The notes under the pieces were generated by a model. The model made no database searches. It saw only the letters and a list, made by a program, of their open reading frames with translations, and was not told where the DNA came from. Both the position numbers and the translations under genes were made by a program. Source: a virus (taxonomy: Duplodnaviria; Caudoviricetes). From it: 64,000 nucleotides of DNA. Below, piece after piece: positions 9,639 through 19,808 of this stretch; position 1 is the first letter of the stretch; every line of letters begins with the position of its first letter. The stretch spans positions 1 to 64,000 of the IMG/VR virus record IMGVR_UViG_2513237329_000013; one strand, given 5' to 3'.

Positions 9639-10976
9639 TTAAAAAGTACCGACAGTGACAGCTTCCTCGACAGCCTTAACACGGGTATCCATGTTGCTGT
9701 TCAAGCCGTCTGCATAGCCCTTAGCGTCAGCAAGAGCCTTCTTGACAGAACCCTCGGTCTTCTCGTCGCCCTGCAAAGTAGTAAGCTTACCCTCTGCAGC
9801 AGTCATACGCTTGCCCATAGCGGTGTTCAGCTCATCCGCATAGTCCTTCGCGTTCTGCTCTGCGGCATCCCACTTTGCCTTATCGCCAACCTCGATCTTG
9901 TCAAGCTCTGCCTTGTTAGCGTGTTCGTGAGCCTTACCAGCAGCGGTGTCCCACTTCTCCTTGTCGCCGGTCTCAATCTTATCCAGCTCGTCCTTATTGG
10001 CATGAGTATGGATCTTATTGATTTCAGTTTGTAGCTCAGTGGTCAGCTTAGCCTTGGTGATAGTACCGTCAGTGATAGTAGCAGTTACCTTGTGAGTAGT
10101 CTCATCAATGTCGATAACGACCATATCGCCAGCAGCAGAACCAGAGGTGACATACTCAATCAGAGAATCAACAGGGATATAGATCTCGCTGTTCTCAGCA
10201 TTGGCAAGCACCAGCTTCAGATAAGTACCCTCAGCCTGACCTTTCGGATTGGTGACAACAGTACCGCTCTGAACAACCATATCCTTAGGAATATTGATTG
10301 CAGCACCGACATTTGCACCATTCTTAGTCAGATGGTAGGTTGCAGCAAAACCGTCAGCAGCAGACTCGTCCTTAACGACAGTATAGGTGTCTGCATCTGG
10401 GATAACGACCTTCAGACCTTCTTGACCTTCAGTCTCATCAAGCTCCAAAGCATTACCCGCAGCTGGAGATAGCTTTACCTTAACAGTAGGCTTAGTGGCA
10501 GTGCCGCCGACGTCAACACTGTTGTCGCCAGCACCAACAGAATCAACTTTACCGTTGATCTTGTTCTTTAGAGTCTCTTCAAGCTCAGCTTCGGATACAC
10601 TATCCTTGTGCGCCAGCTCGCCAAGTTCGCTACCAGTAATACCAGCAACATAATCCTTGACTGCCTTTGCAGTAGGCACTTCGCTGTCACTTGCTGAAGC
10701 ACCGATAGTTGTAGCAACGGTCTTTGTTACAATAGCGGTGAAAACAGACTTCCATGTAGTACCAGTCCACACATCACCAGCGCCAGAAACAGTGTCAATG
10801 TACAACACACCCTGGGCAGGAGCGGTAGGCTTAGTACCATCGTAGAAGCGCACAGCCTCAGTGTAAAGATCTGCGCCGAAGAACAGCTCACGGGTATCCG
10901 TGCAGAGATAGAAGCTGTTTACATTACGCTCCGCAGGCAAGTTAGCTTTCAAGCCCTTATAAATTAGATTTGCCAT
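9639..10976 (-). CDS. Tail fibre or minor structural protein
   Basis: N-terminus paralogous to 11365-12465; two HxHANK.ELDKIE.GDK.KWD repeats; coiled-coil C-terminus. Confidence 0.7.
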   Translation of the reverse strand: MANLIYKGLKANLPAERNVNSFYLCTDTRELFFGADLYTEAVRFYDGTKPTAPAQGVLYIDTVSGAGDVWTGTTWKSVFTAIVTKTVATTIGASASDSEVPTAKAVKDYVAGITGSELGELAHKDSVSEAELEETLKNKINGKVDSVGAGDNSVDVGGTATKPTVKVKLSPAAGNALELDETEGQEGLKVVIPDADTYTVVKDESAADGFAATYHLTKNGANVGAAINIPKDMVVQSGTVVTNPKGQAEGTYLKLVLANAENSEIYIPVDSLIEYVTSGSAAGDMVVIDIDETTHKVTATITDGTITKAKLTTELQTEINKIHTHANKDELDKIETGDKEKWDTAAGKAHEHANKAELDKIEVGDKAKWDAAEQNAKDYADELNTAMGKRMTAAEGKLTTLQGDEKTEGSVKKALADAKGYADGLNSNMDTRVKAVEEAVTVGTF

Positions 10977-11074
10977 AGTTTCTTCATCCTTTCTTGCCGT
11001 TGATACGGCTTATAAAATAGTGATAAATATAGATAAAGCGAGGGCTATTGCCCTCGCCAAATCAAGCAAATAGA

Positions 11075-11347
11075 TTAAAACTCTCCGACAAGATCCTCGG
11101 CAGAAATACCATCGACTTTCGTAAGAGTCTTATCCGGTTGGATACGATATCCAGCAGACACACCGTTCTCAACGACAAATAGTTCCATACCATAATGATA
11201 TACGCCATCAGAGCTGCCGACAGGAACAGCAATTGCAGCAGCGGCCTGCGCCGCTTCAAGGCTTTCAAAATATGTACGTCCGTCCAAAGGGAAAGCCGTC
11301 TGAGGAACGAATGCAACCGCGAAATTCAGTTTACCGAAATCAGCCAT
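11075..11347 (-). CDS. Small structural-region protein
   Basis: Strong RBS; FPLD.R.YF motif. Confidence 0.6.
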   Translation of the reverse strand: MADFGKLNFAVAFVPQTAFPLDGRTYFESLEAAQAAAAIAVPVGSSDGVYHYGMELFVVENGVSAGYRIQPDKTLTKVDGISAEDLVGEF

Positions 11348-11364
11348 TACAATTCCCTCCTTCC

Positions 11365-12465
11365 TCAGATCGTAACCTTATAGGTGTTTGAAGCGTCGTT
11401 GGCGTTCGCCATATCCATCACATACACCTTATAAGACTTGGCCGTGTAACCATTTGCGCCCTCAACATCGACGGTGTACTTGGTAAACGCGGACTTGATC
11501 TCAGCATTCATGCCATTCACATCCTGCACAGAGTTCACATCACGCAGCGTCGCTGGGTAAGCGAACACAACGCGGATTGCCCCGACAGGAATTGTGATAC
11601 TGAAACTGTTGCCGACAGCAAGCGCTCTGCCACTCTTTCCGGAGAGACCACGCACCAGTGCAGAATTCACCTCGCCGTCCTTTGCGGTCAGAGTGCCATA
11701 GAAGCTATTACGATAGCCGGAAATCTTGCTCTTTGTTGCAGACTTTGTACCGGCTTTGATCTGGCCTGCGGCGTAATTCTTGCCAAGTGCAGTCTGCGGC
11801 ATAGCGCCGTCCGCATAAGTCGCCTCTGCAGTGATAGAATAAGCCGTGTTGTCTCCGACCTGAATCTCGTCAAATGTGCCGCTGGCTGTTGTCTTCTCGC
11901 CGCCGTCCGTGTTAGTCACTTTCCATGCGGAAGCGACAATACCGGTAGCCTTCGGTTCAAATTCATAAGAGCCAGGATTCAGAACGGCAGAATAGTCCGG
12001 AGACACCTTTGTGCCGACCTCATAAGCCTTGATCTTAGCCGCAGTCAATGTAACACTCGGCTGAGTTACAGTTGGGTTCTGATCTTCTGCGAAAGCGTCA
12101 TTCAGAAGCTCTGTCAAAGTCTTATCCTTTGCTGGAACTGTGACCTTGCCTCCGACCGGCGTATACTTACCAAACTGATATGTAAACACCAGATCTTCTT
12201 TGAACACAATATCGTCTGTTGACGATCCACCGAATAGCTGTACCCATGCACTGCCCGTCCAAATCTCACCAACCTTGGTGTCCGTATTAACATACAGAAC
12301 GCCAATGGCAGGAGTTGCCGGTTTTTCACCAGTGTATGTACGAACTGCCTCGGTAAAGAGATCTGCACCAAAGTAAATCTCTCTTGTGTCCGTACAAAGA
12401 TAAAACGCATTTTCACGGACTTCTGGCAAATTTGCTTTCAAGCCCGTATACACAAAATGAGCCAT
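11365..12465 (-). CDS. Minor structural or fibre-like protein
   Basis: Beta-rich; N-terminus shared with 9639-10976. Confidence 0.65.
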   Translation of the reverse strand: MAHFVYTGLKANLPEVRENAFYLCTDTREIYFGADLFTEAVRTYTGEKPATPAIGVLYVNTDTKVGEIWTGSAWVQLFGGSSTDDIVFKEDLVFTYQFGKYTPVGGKVTVPAKDKTLTELLNDAFAEDQNPTVTQPSVTLTAAKIKAYEVGTKVSPDYSAVLNPGSYEFEPKATGIVASAWKVTNTDGGEKTTASGTFDEIQVGDNTAYSITAEATYADGAMPQTALGKNYAAGQIKAGTKSATKSKISGYRNSFYGTLTAKDGEVNSALVRGLSGKSGRALAVGNSFSITIPVGAIRVVFAYPATLRDVNSVQDVNGMNAEIKSAFTKYTVDVEGANGYTAKSYKVYVMDMANANDASNTYKVTI

Positions 12466-12539
12466 TATCTTGTTCTCCTTTCTTGTTATTTAGCTTACAG
12501 AATATTTACAAAAAGATAGCGCTACTCTTTCTGCACAAA

Positions 12540-12908
12540 TTAAAAACTGCCAATCATATCTGCAATGACCGCTGAAGATGTGGCAACACTGTCTTCAACA
12601 ATGTCATCCTTACTACCGTTAGACGGAACGCTATATGTCTTAATCAGACCTGCGCTGATCCATGTAAGCTTGACATTATCTCCGTCATTTTTAACATAGA
12701 AAAGATCGTCCTTTAATGTCTCACGCTCATCATCATCTGACGTGATCTTCCATGTTCCGTCGATATTGTAAACGCCAGTAGATAAGCTTGAAATAACAAT
12801 ACCAGAGCCGCTAATGTTTGTTACCGGCTTGTTGGAAAGCTGGTCGTAGTTAGAAACTCCGCCTGTTCCGCCGCCAGAACCTCCACTCCAAAAAGGAATA
12901 TCACTCAT
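12540..12908 (-). CDS. Hypothetical tail-region protein
   Basis: Gly-rich start and NYDQLSNKP motif common in fibre proteins. Confidence 0.6.
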   Translation of the reverse strand: MSDIPFWSGGSGGGTGGVSNYDQLSNKPVTNISGSGIVISSLSTGVYNIDGTWKITSDDDERETLKDDLFYVKNDGDNVKLTWISAGLIKTYSVPSNGSKDDIVEDSVATSSAVIADMIGSF

Positions 12909-12924
12909 AGCAACCTCCTGTTTG

Positions 12925-13218
12925 TTAATACATGTAATAGATGTTGACAGCTACAGCCTGTTTGAAAACAAGACTTGTAATGTCAATTTGCCCATACCCT
13001 AATTCAAAAACACCAGACACAATCGGGATATCGCATCCGTTGATGGATACCTCTGTGCCTGGATCGCATTGAATACCAATTTTCTTAATAATCATTCGTT
13101 CAGCGAATGCTAAAACACTATTCTGATGTAATTCAATTTCGTTTCTTCTGAATACATCGACCATGTTTGCGTTCGCTGTTGTAGTTCCATTAAAACTACC
13201 AAGCGTACCCTTAGACAT
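12925..13218 (-). CDS. Hypothetical protein
   Basis: ORF with RBS in tail operon. Confidence 0.65.
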   Translation of the reverse strand: MSKGTLGSFNGTTTANANMVDVFRRNEIELHQNSVLAFAERMIIKKIGIQCDPGTEVSINGCDIPIVSGVFELGYGQIDITSLVFKQAVAVNIYYMY

Positions 13219-13241
13219 ATATAAACACCTTCCTAATCGTT

Positions 13242-14162
13242 TTAAGCCAGCTCAACATAATCAAGCTCGTCAAGTGACACAGAATCTATGCTGCTAAGAG
13301 TAGACGAATCGAGATCAGACAACAAACGATATCGCTTTAAGCCGGCAACAACATTTGGTGTCAAATGTAGTTCCGAAAATTCCGCCTTAATAAAAGCTTC
13401 GAGAGATTCATTGACTGCGGCAATTAGTGACATAAATCCATCCGCAGAAAGATACTTTGTCGATTTCACACCGTTGTTTACAGCAGTCAAATAAAATGTC
13501 TGATTTGCATTGCCAAGCGTGTACCACATTTCAAAATCCATCGAGCAGAGCAGATTCATAACAGCCTCTCCTTGCACAGCAAGCAAGTAATACAAATCAA
13601 ACCGATCTGTGTTTAATTGCATCTCCGTGCCAGCACCAGCAAATGTTTCTTTATCTGTATCAGAACTTAACAAAAGCTCAACATTATTCTGCATTTTATC
13701 AAAAGCAGTCTTTAATGTGTCAGCGGTCGATGTGTGAAAGATTAAATCACTGCGCCCGCTTCCAATTGACTTTGCAAGATCATATTGCAATGCAGATGTT
13801 GTAAGTCTCGTTAGATTTTGAAAAACCTCGTATGTTTCTTCGCCCATCTCGAATGGGTTCGTTGCAAAAACAAGGTCAGATTGACCGGAAATCGGCTTAC
13901 CAGCAGCCAATTCAACATCCAAATCAATCTCAACCTTGCTCTGAAATGTATTAAATATACGCTCTAACAACTCGTCAATCTCAGTTCTAAGATCAGCGTC
14001 ACTCTCTCCGATGATAAATCTTTGTAGGCACAAATAATTAACCATCGCATCCAGATACATTTTGTTATACATGATTAGGCCGTCTCGATACGGAAGATTT
14101 TTGATAATAACATCAAACTCCGTCAGCCGCTTGCGAAGATAGATATTATATTCTTGTGCCAT
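13242..14162 (-). CDS. Hypothetical tail/baseplate protein
   Basis: 306 aa acidic ORF in tail operon. Confidence 0.65.
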   Translation of the reverse strand: MAQEYNIYLRKRLTEFDVIIKNLPYRDGLIMYNKMYLDAMVNYLCLQRFIIGESDADLRTEIDELLERIFNTFQSKVEIDLDVELAAGKPISGQSDLVFATNPFEMGEETYEVFQNLTRLTTSALQYDLAKSIGSGRSDLIFHTSTADTLKTAFDKMQNNVELLLSSDTDKETFAGAGTEMQLNTDRFDLYYLLAVQGEAVMNLLCSMDFEMWYTLGNANQTFYLTAVNNGVKSTKYLSADGFMSLIAAVNESLEAFIKAEFSELHLTPNVVAGLKRYRLLSDLDSSTLSSIDSVSLDELDYVELA

Positions 14163-14190
14163 AACTCACCGCCAAATTGTTTAGCTAATT

Positions 14191-14592
14191 TTATGTAGGA
14201 TTGCTCAATGTCAAAGTCAGGCTACCAGCCTTAATGGTAACGATAGTCGCAGTTTCAACATTACGAGCAGAAGACAGCCCGTCAAACATAAGCAGATTTC
14301 CGCCAGTCAAAGCGTCGTAAATAACGAAATGCGTCATTGTACCCCAGTTCGCAGTTGACTCATCAAACGAAACCGCAGCAGTATTCTTAATTACACCAGC
14401 AGTCGGTTCACTCAGCACGGTCAGCTTAACACGCTTATATCCTGCACTTGAAGCCGGCTCAGATACGCCAGATCCGTCTACGCCAGGTTCAGTCGCGCTT
14501 AAACCAATGTAATAATCACCTGGAAGCGCTGGATTCTCCTTTGTGTGAAATAGATTACCCATTACCTGATTCAAGAAATATGTAGTAGTCAT
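14191..14592 (-). CDS. Phage tail fibre/baseplate protein
   Basis: YIGL..T.P...E..GY.RV and WGT.THF.IYDALTGGNLL motifs. Confidence 0.75.
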   Translation of the reverse strand: MTTTYFLNQVMGNLFHTKENPALPGDYYIGLSATEPGVDGSGVSEPASSAGYKRVKLTVLSEPTAGVIKNTAAVSFDESTANWGTMTHFVIYDALTGGNLLMFDGLSSARNVETATIVTIKAGSLTLTLSNPT

Positions 14593-14604
14593 CGCAAATC
14601 CTCC

Positions 14605-14973
14605 TTATTTGATGATTGCCTTATCAATATTGTTTGTAATACCCAAAATGCCTTGGCTTGGAATCTCAGTTTCTCCGGACATATCCTGAATGGTAATCTG
14701 ATAGATATACTTCCCATATAGATTTACGGTTTCTTGTGGAAGAAGCGTAACCGTCAGAATATTTTCAACACCATCATCATTTGCAATAATAGACATGGGC
14801 TTTGATAGCACCGGAGTACCTGTACGATTTACTGAATACACCACTGAAAATGTAGCCGTAGCGCCAGAGGCGCTGAACGGCTTTCGTGTATCAGTGAATA
14901 GGCAAAATCGTAAATCGTGTGTTTCCCCGCCAACAAAAAGGATTTCAGGTAGGTCATAAACTTTTGATTGCAT
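14605..14973 (-). CDS. BppU-like baseplate upper protein
   Basis: Beta-sandwich pattern, TV.L.P.ET.NL.GKY.YQI; follows Dit. Confidence 0.55.
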   Translation of the reverse strand: MQSKVYDLPEILFVGGETHDLRFCLFTDTRKPFSASGATATFSVVYSVNRTGTPVLSKPMSIIANDDGVENILTVTLLPQETVNLYGKYIYQITIQDMSGETEIPSQGILGITNNIDKAIIK

Positions 14974-14974
14974 A

Positions 14975-15781
14975 TTAACCTCCAACATTTACGGGGAACT
15001 CACATTGGATTTCCAACATACAATTCCCAACCACTTCAAGCAAATTGTCGCCACAAACAAGCTTGAAGAATTCAAAATTGAAATACGGATATAGGTTCAA
15101 ATCCATATTGTTTGTAATTACACCGTTTTCATTATCAACTTCAATCTCCAGAAAGTAGTCTTGTGGAAGATCGCTCAATGCAAAAACTCTATCGTTATCA
15201 GAATGATTGATAATTTTGATAGTATTACTGCCATTCAGCGTAATCTTTATCTTTGGCTGATACCCACCACGATAGCTACCGAGATTGCGCAAAATAATGT
15301 TAGTGCTGCCGCTGCAGTTATAGCTATATGTCACCGGATACTGATAAGCAAATGGAGAATCGCATCGAACCGTGCATGAAAAGGCAATCGGTAAATTACC
15401 AATCTCGACCATCTGCAAATCTTCAATTAAGCACCGATATCGAACTTGCTCCATATCGGCCTGCTCAATCTCCAACCACTTATAACCATCGACGGGAGAC
15501 AACCATGCGCTGATTGCCTCCCGATCCCAGGCATCAAAAAAGCCGTTTGTTTTCACAAACGACTTATCAGCTCCAAATACCATTTTGAATGTCAATGGTT
15601 CATTTTGCGTGATACCATAAAACAGCGGCTTATATCGACCAGAAATACGATCTTCCGAAATTTCTGCCGGCGAAGGGAAACTACCATTGCCAGGAGAAAC
15701 GCCATTGACTTCGTAAAGCCTTAGCCCGTATTCTGTGCAAGGGATACCATCAAAAATAAAATAGTCGCCCCAAAAAGCCAT
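14975..15781 (-). CDS. Distal tail protein (Dit-like)
   Basis: F.FDG...E.GL start, CDSPFAY, FFKL..G.N.L end. Confidence 0.75.
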   Translation of the reverse strand: MAFWGDYFIFDGIPCTEYGLRLYEVNGVSPGNGSFPSPAEISEDRISGRYKPLFYGITQNEPLTFKMVFGADKSFVKTNGFFDAWDREAISAWLSPVDGYKWLEIEQADMEQVRYRCLIEDLQMVEIGNLPIAFSCTVRCDSPFAYQYPVTYSYNCSGSTNIILRNLGSYRGGYQPKIKITLNGSNTIKIINHSDNDRVFALSDLPQDYFLEIEVDNENGVITNNMDLNLYPYFNFEFFKLVCGDNLLEVVGNCMLEIQCEFPVNVGG

Positions 15782-15795
15782 AACTGCACCTCCGC

Positions 15796-15975
15796 TTACT
15801 TATCTTTTGGCTGTTCCTCTTTCTTCGTAATCTCACAACCAAGCAAAATGTCTCTCGTCTCTTCAAGAATGGCGATACTTCCACTCAGATTTGCAAGATT
15901 CGGCTTTCCACGGACAGAAACATTGTCAAGCGCATTCAGTACAGCAACTAAACGATTGATAACTTCATCCTTCAT
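15796..15975 (-). CDS. Small hypothetical protein (59 aa, below ORF-track cutoff)
   Basis: MKDEVINRLVAVLNALDNVSVRGKPNLANLSGSI... fills the gap exactly. Confidence 0.7.
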   Translation of the reverse strand: MKDEVINRLVAVLNALDNVSVRGKPNLANLSGSIAILEETRDILLGCEITKKEEQPKDK

Positions 15976-15978
15976 ATA

Positions 15979-18900
15979 TTAACCCTCTTTCAAAGATTGC
16001 AATTCATTTTCAAGCTTTGTGATACGACGATATAGTTTCTGGATCATATGTGTATTCAAAGAAATGAACTCGCCGTAACGAAGCTTGTAGTAATTGTCTG
16101 TAATTCCGTCTGCCTCATTGACCTCTTCAATAGGTGCAATAACCAGACCAGCGAAATCCATATTAGACAGACCAGCGTTGTGAAGAGCATCTTCAACATC
16201 CTGCGCAATAAATCCAGAATGAAGTCTTCCGCCATGACCATTGTTATACTTAAATGTCGCTGGTTTCAGTCCCATGAAAAACTCATCGTAACGATCAAAA
16301 TCGTAGTTGATGGTATTCTTCAATCGTCTATCAGAGCGCAATGTAATTTCTTCACTTGCGTAAATGCCGTTAGCAGTAATGAAGAAGTCCATTGCACCAA
16401 CCTCATCCAAGCCAGTCATTCGACATCCAGAGTTGGTGACGATAAAGTAAGGGGCATAGCCATTACCGTTGCTACCATACATCATTGCGCCATAGGTCAA
16501 TCGGCCACTACTACCAGATCCGTATCCTTTTGCAAAACCACCATAACCGCATGTAAGCTCGATAATATCAGCATCAATATTGCCAGCAAGAATATAGGAT
16601 GCGTTAATAGCGAGGTAATATCGACTGCCAGATCTGTACGAATAAATTCCATCGTAATAATAGTCATCCGAATTTTCGTACAGAGCCTTAGCAATGTTGC
16701 CACGAGTAACATTTGCATCACTGCCGTCTTCGCCGTCATATCCGTCACGACCGTCTTTACCTTGAATCTGCATTGCAGAAGTCCAAGTATTACCGCCGTC
16801 ATAAGAATACGAAGCATAGTAGTCATATGCAACGCTTAAACTTCTGTGCCAACCGCTTGAAGACGAGCTGGGATATGAAGAATACGGAGATGTAGGTGTT
16901 GCATAGCTTGATCTGCCATACAAAACGCGGACAGGACTGCTGCCAGTTCCCCAAGTAATATTTCCTTGAAGATTGATACTGCCTGTCATCGTGATATTAC
17001 CAGTTGTGCCGTCAATCTGAATATTGCCAAGATCAAGATAATTACTATCGAACTTGTTTTTATCAGATGTCAGCATTGAATTTCCGGACTTATCCAGAAA
17101 ATCAGATGCCTGTACAACGCCTTTGAAACTACCGCTTGCAGCAGAAAGCTCACCGCTGAACCTGCCATCGCAGCCCTCAAGCGTACCTTTAATATGAACA
17201 TTTCCGTTCGTATCGACCCAGAAAGATGCGTTCTTTTCATCAATGATATACTCATCACCGTCATACAACGGGTACTTACCAATTGCAATTCCGGAATACG
17301 GATTTAGAGTGATTTGTACCTGATTAGCATTGTAGATATCAAAAATAGCGTTATGAAGGGAAGCCCCGTTCCCATCAACACGAAACACAGAAGTCTTTCC
17401 GTCTTTCTTTTCACTTTCGATAATCATACTGTTGCTGGCAATCAACTTACCAATGAGGCTATCGGCAATTACGCCGCTAATAAGCGTACCATCCTCAGAC
17501 ACCATTTGACCGATAGCAAGATTTGCTGTCTGCCAATTATCTGTGGTGAACATAATCGAACCATTGTTCATCCAAATCTGGTACGGCTCATATTCTGTGG
17601 GAGATCCGTCAATTCGTTTCCGTAGACGCAAACCAGACTCACTCCACGAAATGTCCTGTCCACTCGATGACATGATATTGTTCTTTGCAATATCCAGTGC
17701 AGACTTCATAAATTTGCTTAGTGATGTTTCTGCACCGCTATTCACAAACTGATTGTATGTCCATTTGCTTCCATCGAGTGTTTTACCAGCGGTAGCCCCA
17801 GACTGCACAAGCTCTTCATAATTGAAACTATCATCAAACGCATTGCATTTACTTGAAAGCTCAATTTCAAAGTTCGACAAATCCTCAAATGGAATTTTCA
17901 CATTTAATAGATATGGCTTCAAAATGCGACCGTCTCGTTGTTTCCAATAGATTTTCCCACCAAGCTCAAGCTTATTTTTGAAGTATGAAAACTCCGACAA
18001 TGCAAGAAAATTAGCTATATCAAGTGAGAATGAATAGCACGGATAAGCATTCTTTTTAAGTAATTCCTTACCATATTCAAACAAATCCCACTCTACGGTT
18101 CTCTGTTCGTACTCTGTCGTACTTCTTGTAAAATACAAATTTGCAGTATTGATTTTGAACTGCAATGTACTTCCAGCGCTAATCGCACCATTGACCTCAA
18201 ACTCAGCTTTCACATTAGACGAAACACTAATTGCCGTACCTGAGATAGATACACAAGCGTTAGGGAACTCTGCGTCATTCAGTGTACCGTCATTAACACG
18301 CGCAGTAAACAAAATATTGTTGTCACTGTCAAAATCCAAAGACGCACGAATTAGATTCGCTCGAAGAACGAAACCATTAGTTGAACATTCCAAAACACCA
18401 CCAGATGCAGAATAAATGTCCTTACCGAAATCATTCTTGACTTTGATAACTTCTGATCTGCTGATATTAAAAATAGCACCAGAAACTTTTACACTCTCGC
18501 CAGAAGTATCATAAGTAGCCACTTTTGGAATTACAAATGAATCCTCTGAAACAGAGTCCTCTTTCAGATACCGATTGATAATCTTGTACTCATCTTCTGT
18601 AAAAAATGCAGATAGGGCAGTCTTGTTGTTGATTGCGACCATCTGCTCATTCAAACTTGAAACTTCCGCAGAAATAGCATCAATTTCAGACTGCTTCTGT
18701 GTAATCTCCGATTTTTTAGCGCTAATTTTTGCATTGACGCTATTTAGATCGCTTTGTGACTTCAATCCTTGTGCGATAGCCTGAATAGTAACCGCTTGAA
18801 TATTTTCAAGGCTTGTCAATTCTCCTTGCAAAGTAGTCATAGCGGCTTGCTCTGTGACAAACTGTGCAGTTTTCAGAGCTTCTTCGATTGTCAGATTGTA

Positions 18901-19752
18901 ATACTGCTGTTGGTAAGACTCAAATGTTTCTTCCCACAGATTATATTTGTTAATTACGCTCTGACTAAAATTATCAAGCGTCATGAAGTACCGTAAATTA
19001 ACGAGGCTACTTGTCCCCATTGGGTTGACGCTTCGGATGTCAACACCATCTGCGCCATATACACCAAGATTTGTCACAATGCTTTCTGTGTCTTCAGAAA
19101 CCTTTACATCTTTTACAAGATTCTCAACAGAAAAATACACTGGCGAAATGGGAGCATCGTTCATAACATCACGCACATGAATAAGTCTCTTATAAGTGTC
19201 AAAATAAAAGATGCAACCGTATGATTCCTGCAAATCGGACTTCATAAAGTTATAGATATTCTGATCACTACTATCGTCAAATGTGCGATACTTGTCAATT
19301 AAAGTTGAATCTACAGAACCAACTTTCCAAGACGGCATTAGCTCTGTAATCAATCCAAGAATCGTTCCTTTTGGTGCAATAGGATTCCACAGATTGTATG
19401 TTCCCTCAGTCAATGGCAACTTCTTGAAAGTAAACTCATACTCCAATGAATATGCCGTGCAGCTTTTTATCAACTCAACACCATCGTCTCTTACACTTGG
19501 ATCAATCAAGATAAATCGACCATAGTGTTTTAGGTCAATAATCCGCATACCAGTAACCTTATCGTAATTTGGCGTTTTAACACCGTCTACGATTCCTGGT
19601 AAATCAAATGTGAGCGTTGATACCTCGTTATAGCAAAGCTCCGCCACCACATTGAAAGCAAGTCTCAACACACCAATAGGCGTATCGTCAAGATTTTGGA
19701 GAATCAACATCGGTTGCTCGTTCACATTGATCTTTGCAAAATCAACGACCAT
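15979..19752 (-). CDS. Tail spike/hub protein with C-terminal intramolecular chaperone (peptidase S74-like)
   Basis: Follows tape measure; coiled coil; short GxD collagen-like run; SDRRLK..GFIAQDVE..LRYGEFI. Confidence 0.85.
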   Translation of the reverse strand: MVVDFAKINVNEQPMLILQNLDDTPIGVLRLAFNVVAELCYNEVSTLTFDLPGIVDGVKTPNYDKVTGMRIIDLKHYGRFILIDPSVRDDGVELIKSCTAYSLEYEFTFKKLPLTEGTYNLWNPIAPKGTILGLITELMPSWKVGSVDSTLIDKYRTFDDSSDQNIYNFMKSDLQESYGCIFYFDTYKRLIHVRDVMNDAPISPVYFSVENLVKDVKVSEDTESIVTNLGVYGADGVDIRSVNPMGTSSLVNLRYFMTLDNFSQSVINKYNLWEETFESYQQQYYNLTIEEALKTAQFVTEQAAMTTLQGELTSLENIQAVTIQAIAQGLKSQSDLNSVNAKISAKKSEITQKQSEIDAISAEVSSLNEQMVAINNKTALSAFFTEDEYKIINRYLKEDSVSEDSFVIPKVATYDTSGESVKVSGAIFNISRSEVIKVKNDFGKDIYSASGGVLECSTNGFVLRANLIRASLDFDSDNNILFTARVNDGTLNDAEFPNACVSISGTAISVSSNVKAEFEVNGAISAGSTLQFKINTANLYFTRSTTEYEQRTVEWDLFEYGKELLKKNAYPCYSFSLDIANFLALSEFSYFKNKLELGGKIYWKQRDGRILKPYLLNVKIPFEDLSNFEIELSSKCNAFDDSFNYEELVQSGATAGKTLDGSKWTYNQFVNSGAETSLSKFMKSALDIAKNNIMSSSGQDISWSESGLRLRKRIDGSPTEYEPYQIWMNNGSIMFTTDNWQTANLAIGQMVSEDGTLISGVIADSLIGKLIASNSMIIESEKKDGKTSVFRVDGNGASLHNAIFDIYNANQVQITLNPYSGIAIGKYPLYDGDEYIIDEKNASFWVDTNGNVHIKGTLEGCDGRFSGELSAASGSFKGVVQASDFLDKSGNSMLTSDKNKFDSNYLDLGNIQIDGTTGNITMTGSINLQGNITWGTGSSPVRVLYGRSSYATPTSPYSSYPSSSSSGWHRSLSVAYDYYASYSYDGGNTWTSAMQIQGKDGRDGYDGEDGSDANVTRGNIAKALYENSDDYYYDGIYSYRSGSRYYLAINASYILAGNIDADIIELTCGYGGFAKGYGSGSSGRLTYGAMMYGSNGNGYAPYFIVTNSGCRMTGLDEVGAMDFFITANGIYASEEITLRSDRRLKNTINYDFDRYDEFFMGLKPATFKYNNGHGGRLHSGFIAQDVEDALHNAGLSNMDFAGLVIAPIEEVNEADGITDNYYKLRYGEFISLNTHMIQKLYRRITKLENELQSLKEG

Positions 19753-19771
19753 ATCAATACCTCCCACAATT

Positions 19772-19802
19772 AAAAGAGACCGCCTAATATGGGCGGTCTC
19801 TT
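19772..19802 (-). terminator. Terminator after tape measure gene
   Basis: AAGAGACCGCC/GGCGGTCTCTT inverted repeat followed by T run. Confidence 0.65.
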
Positions 19803-19808
19803 AAATTC

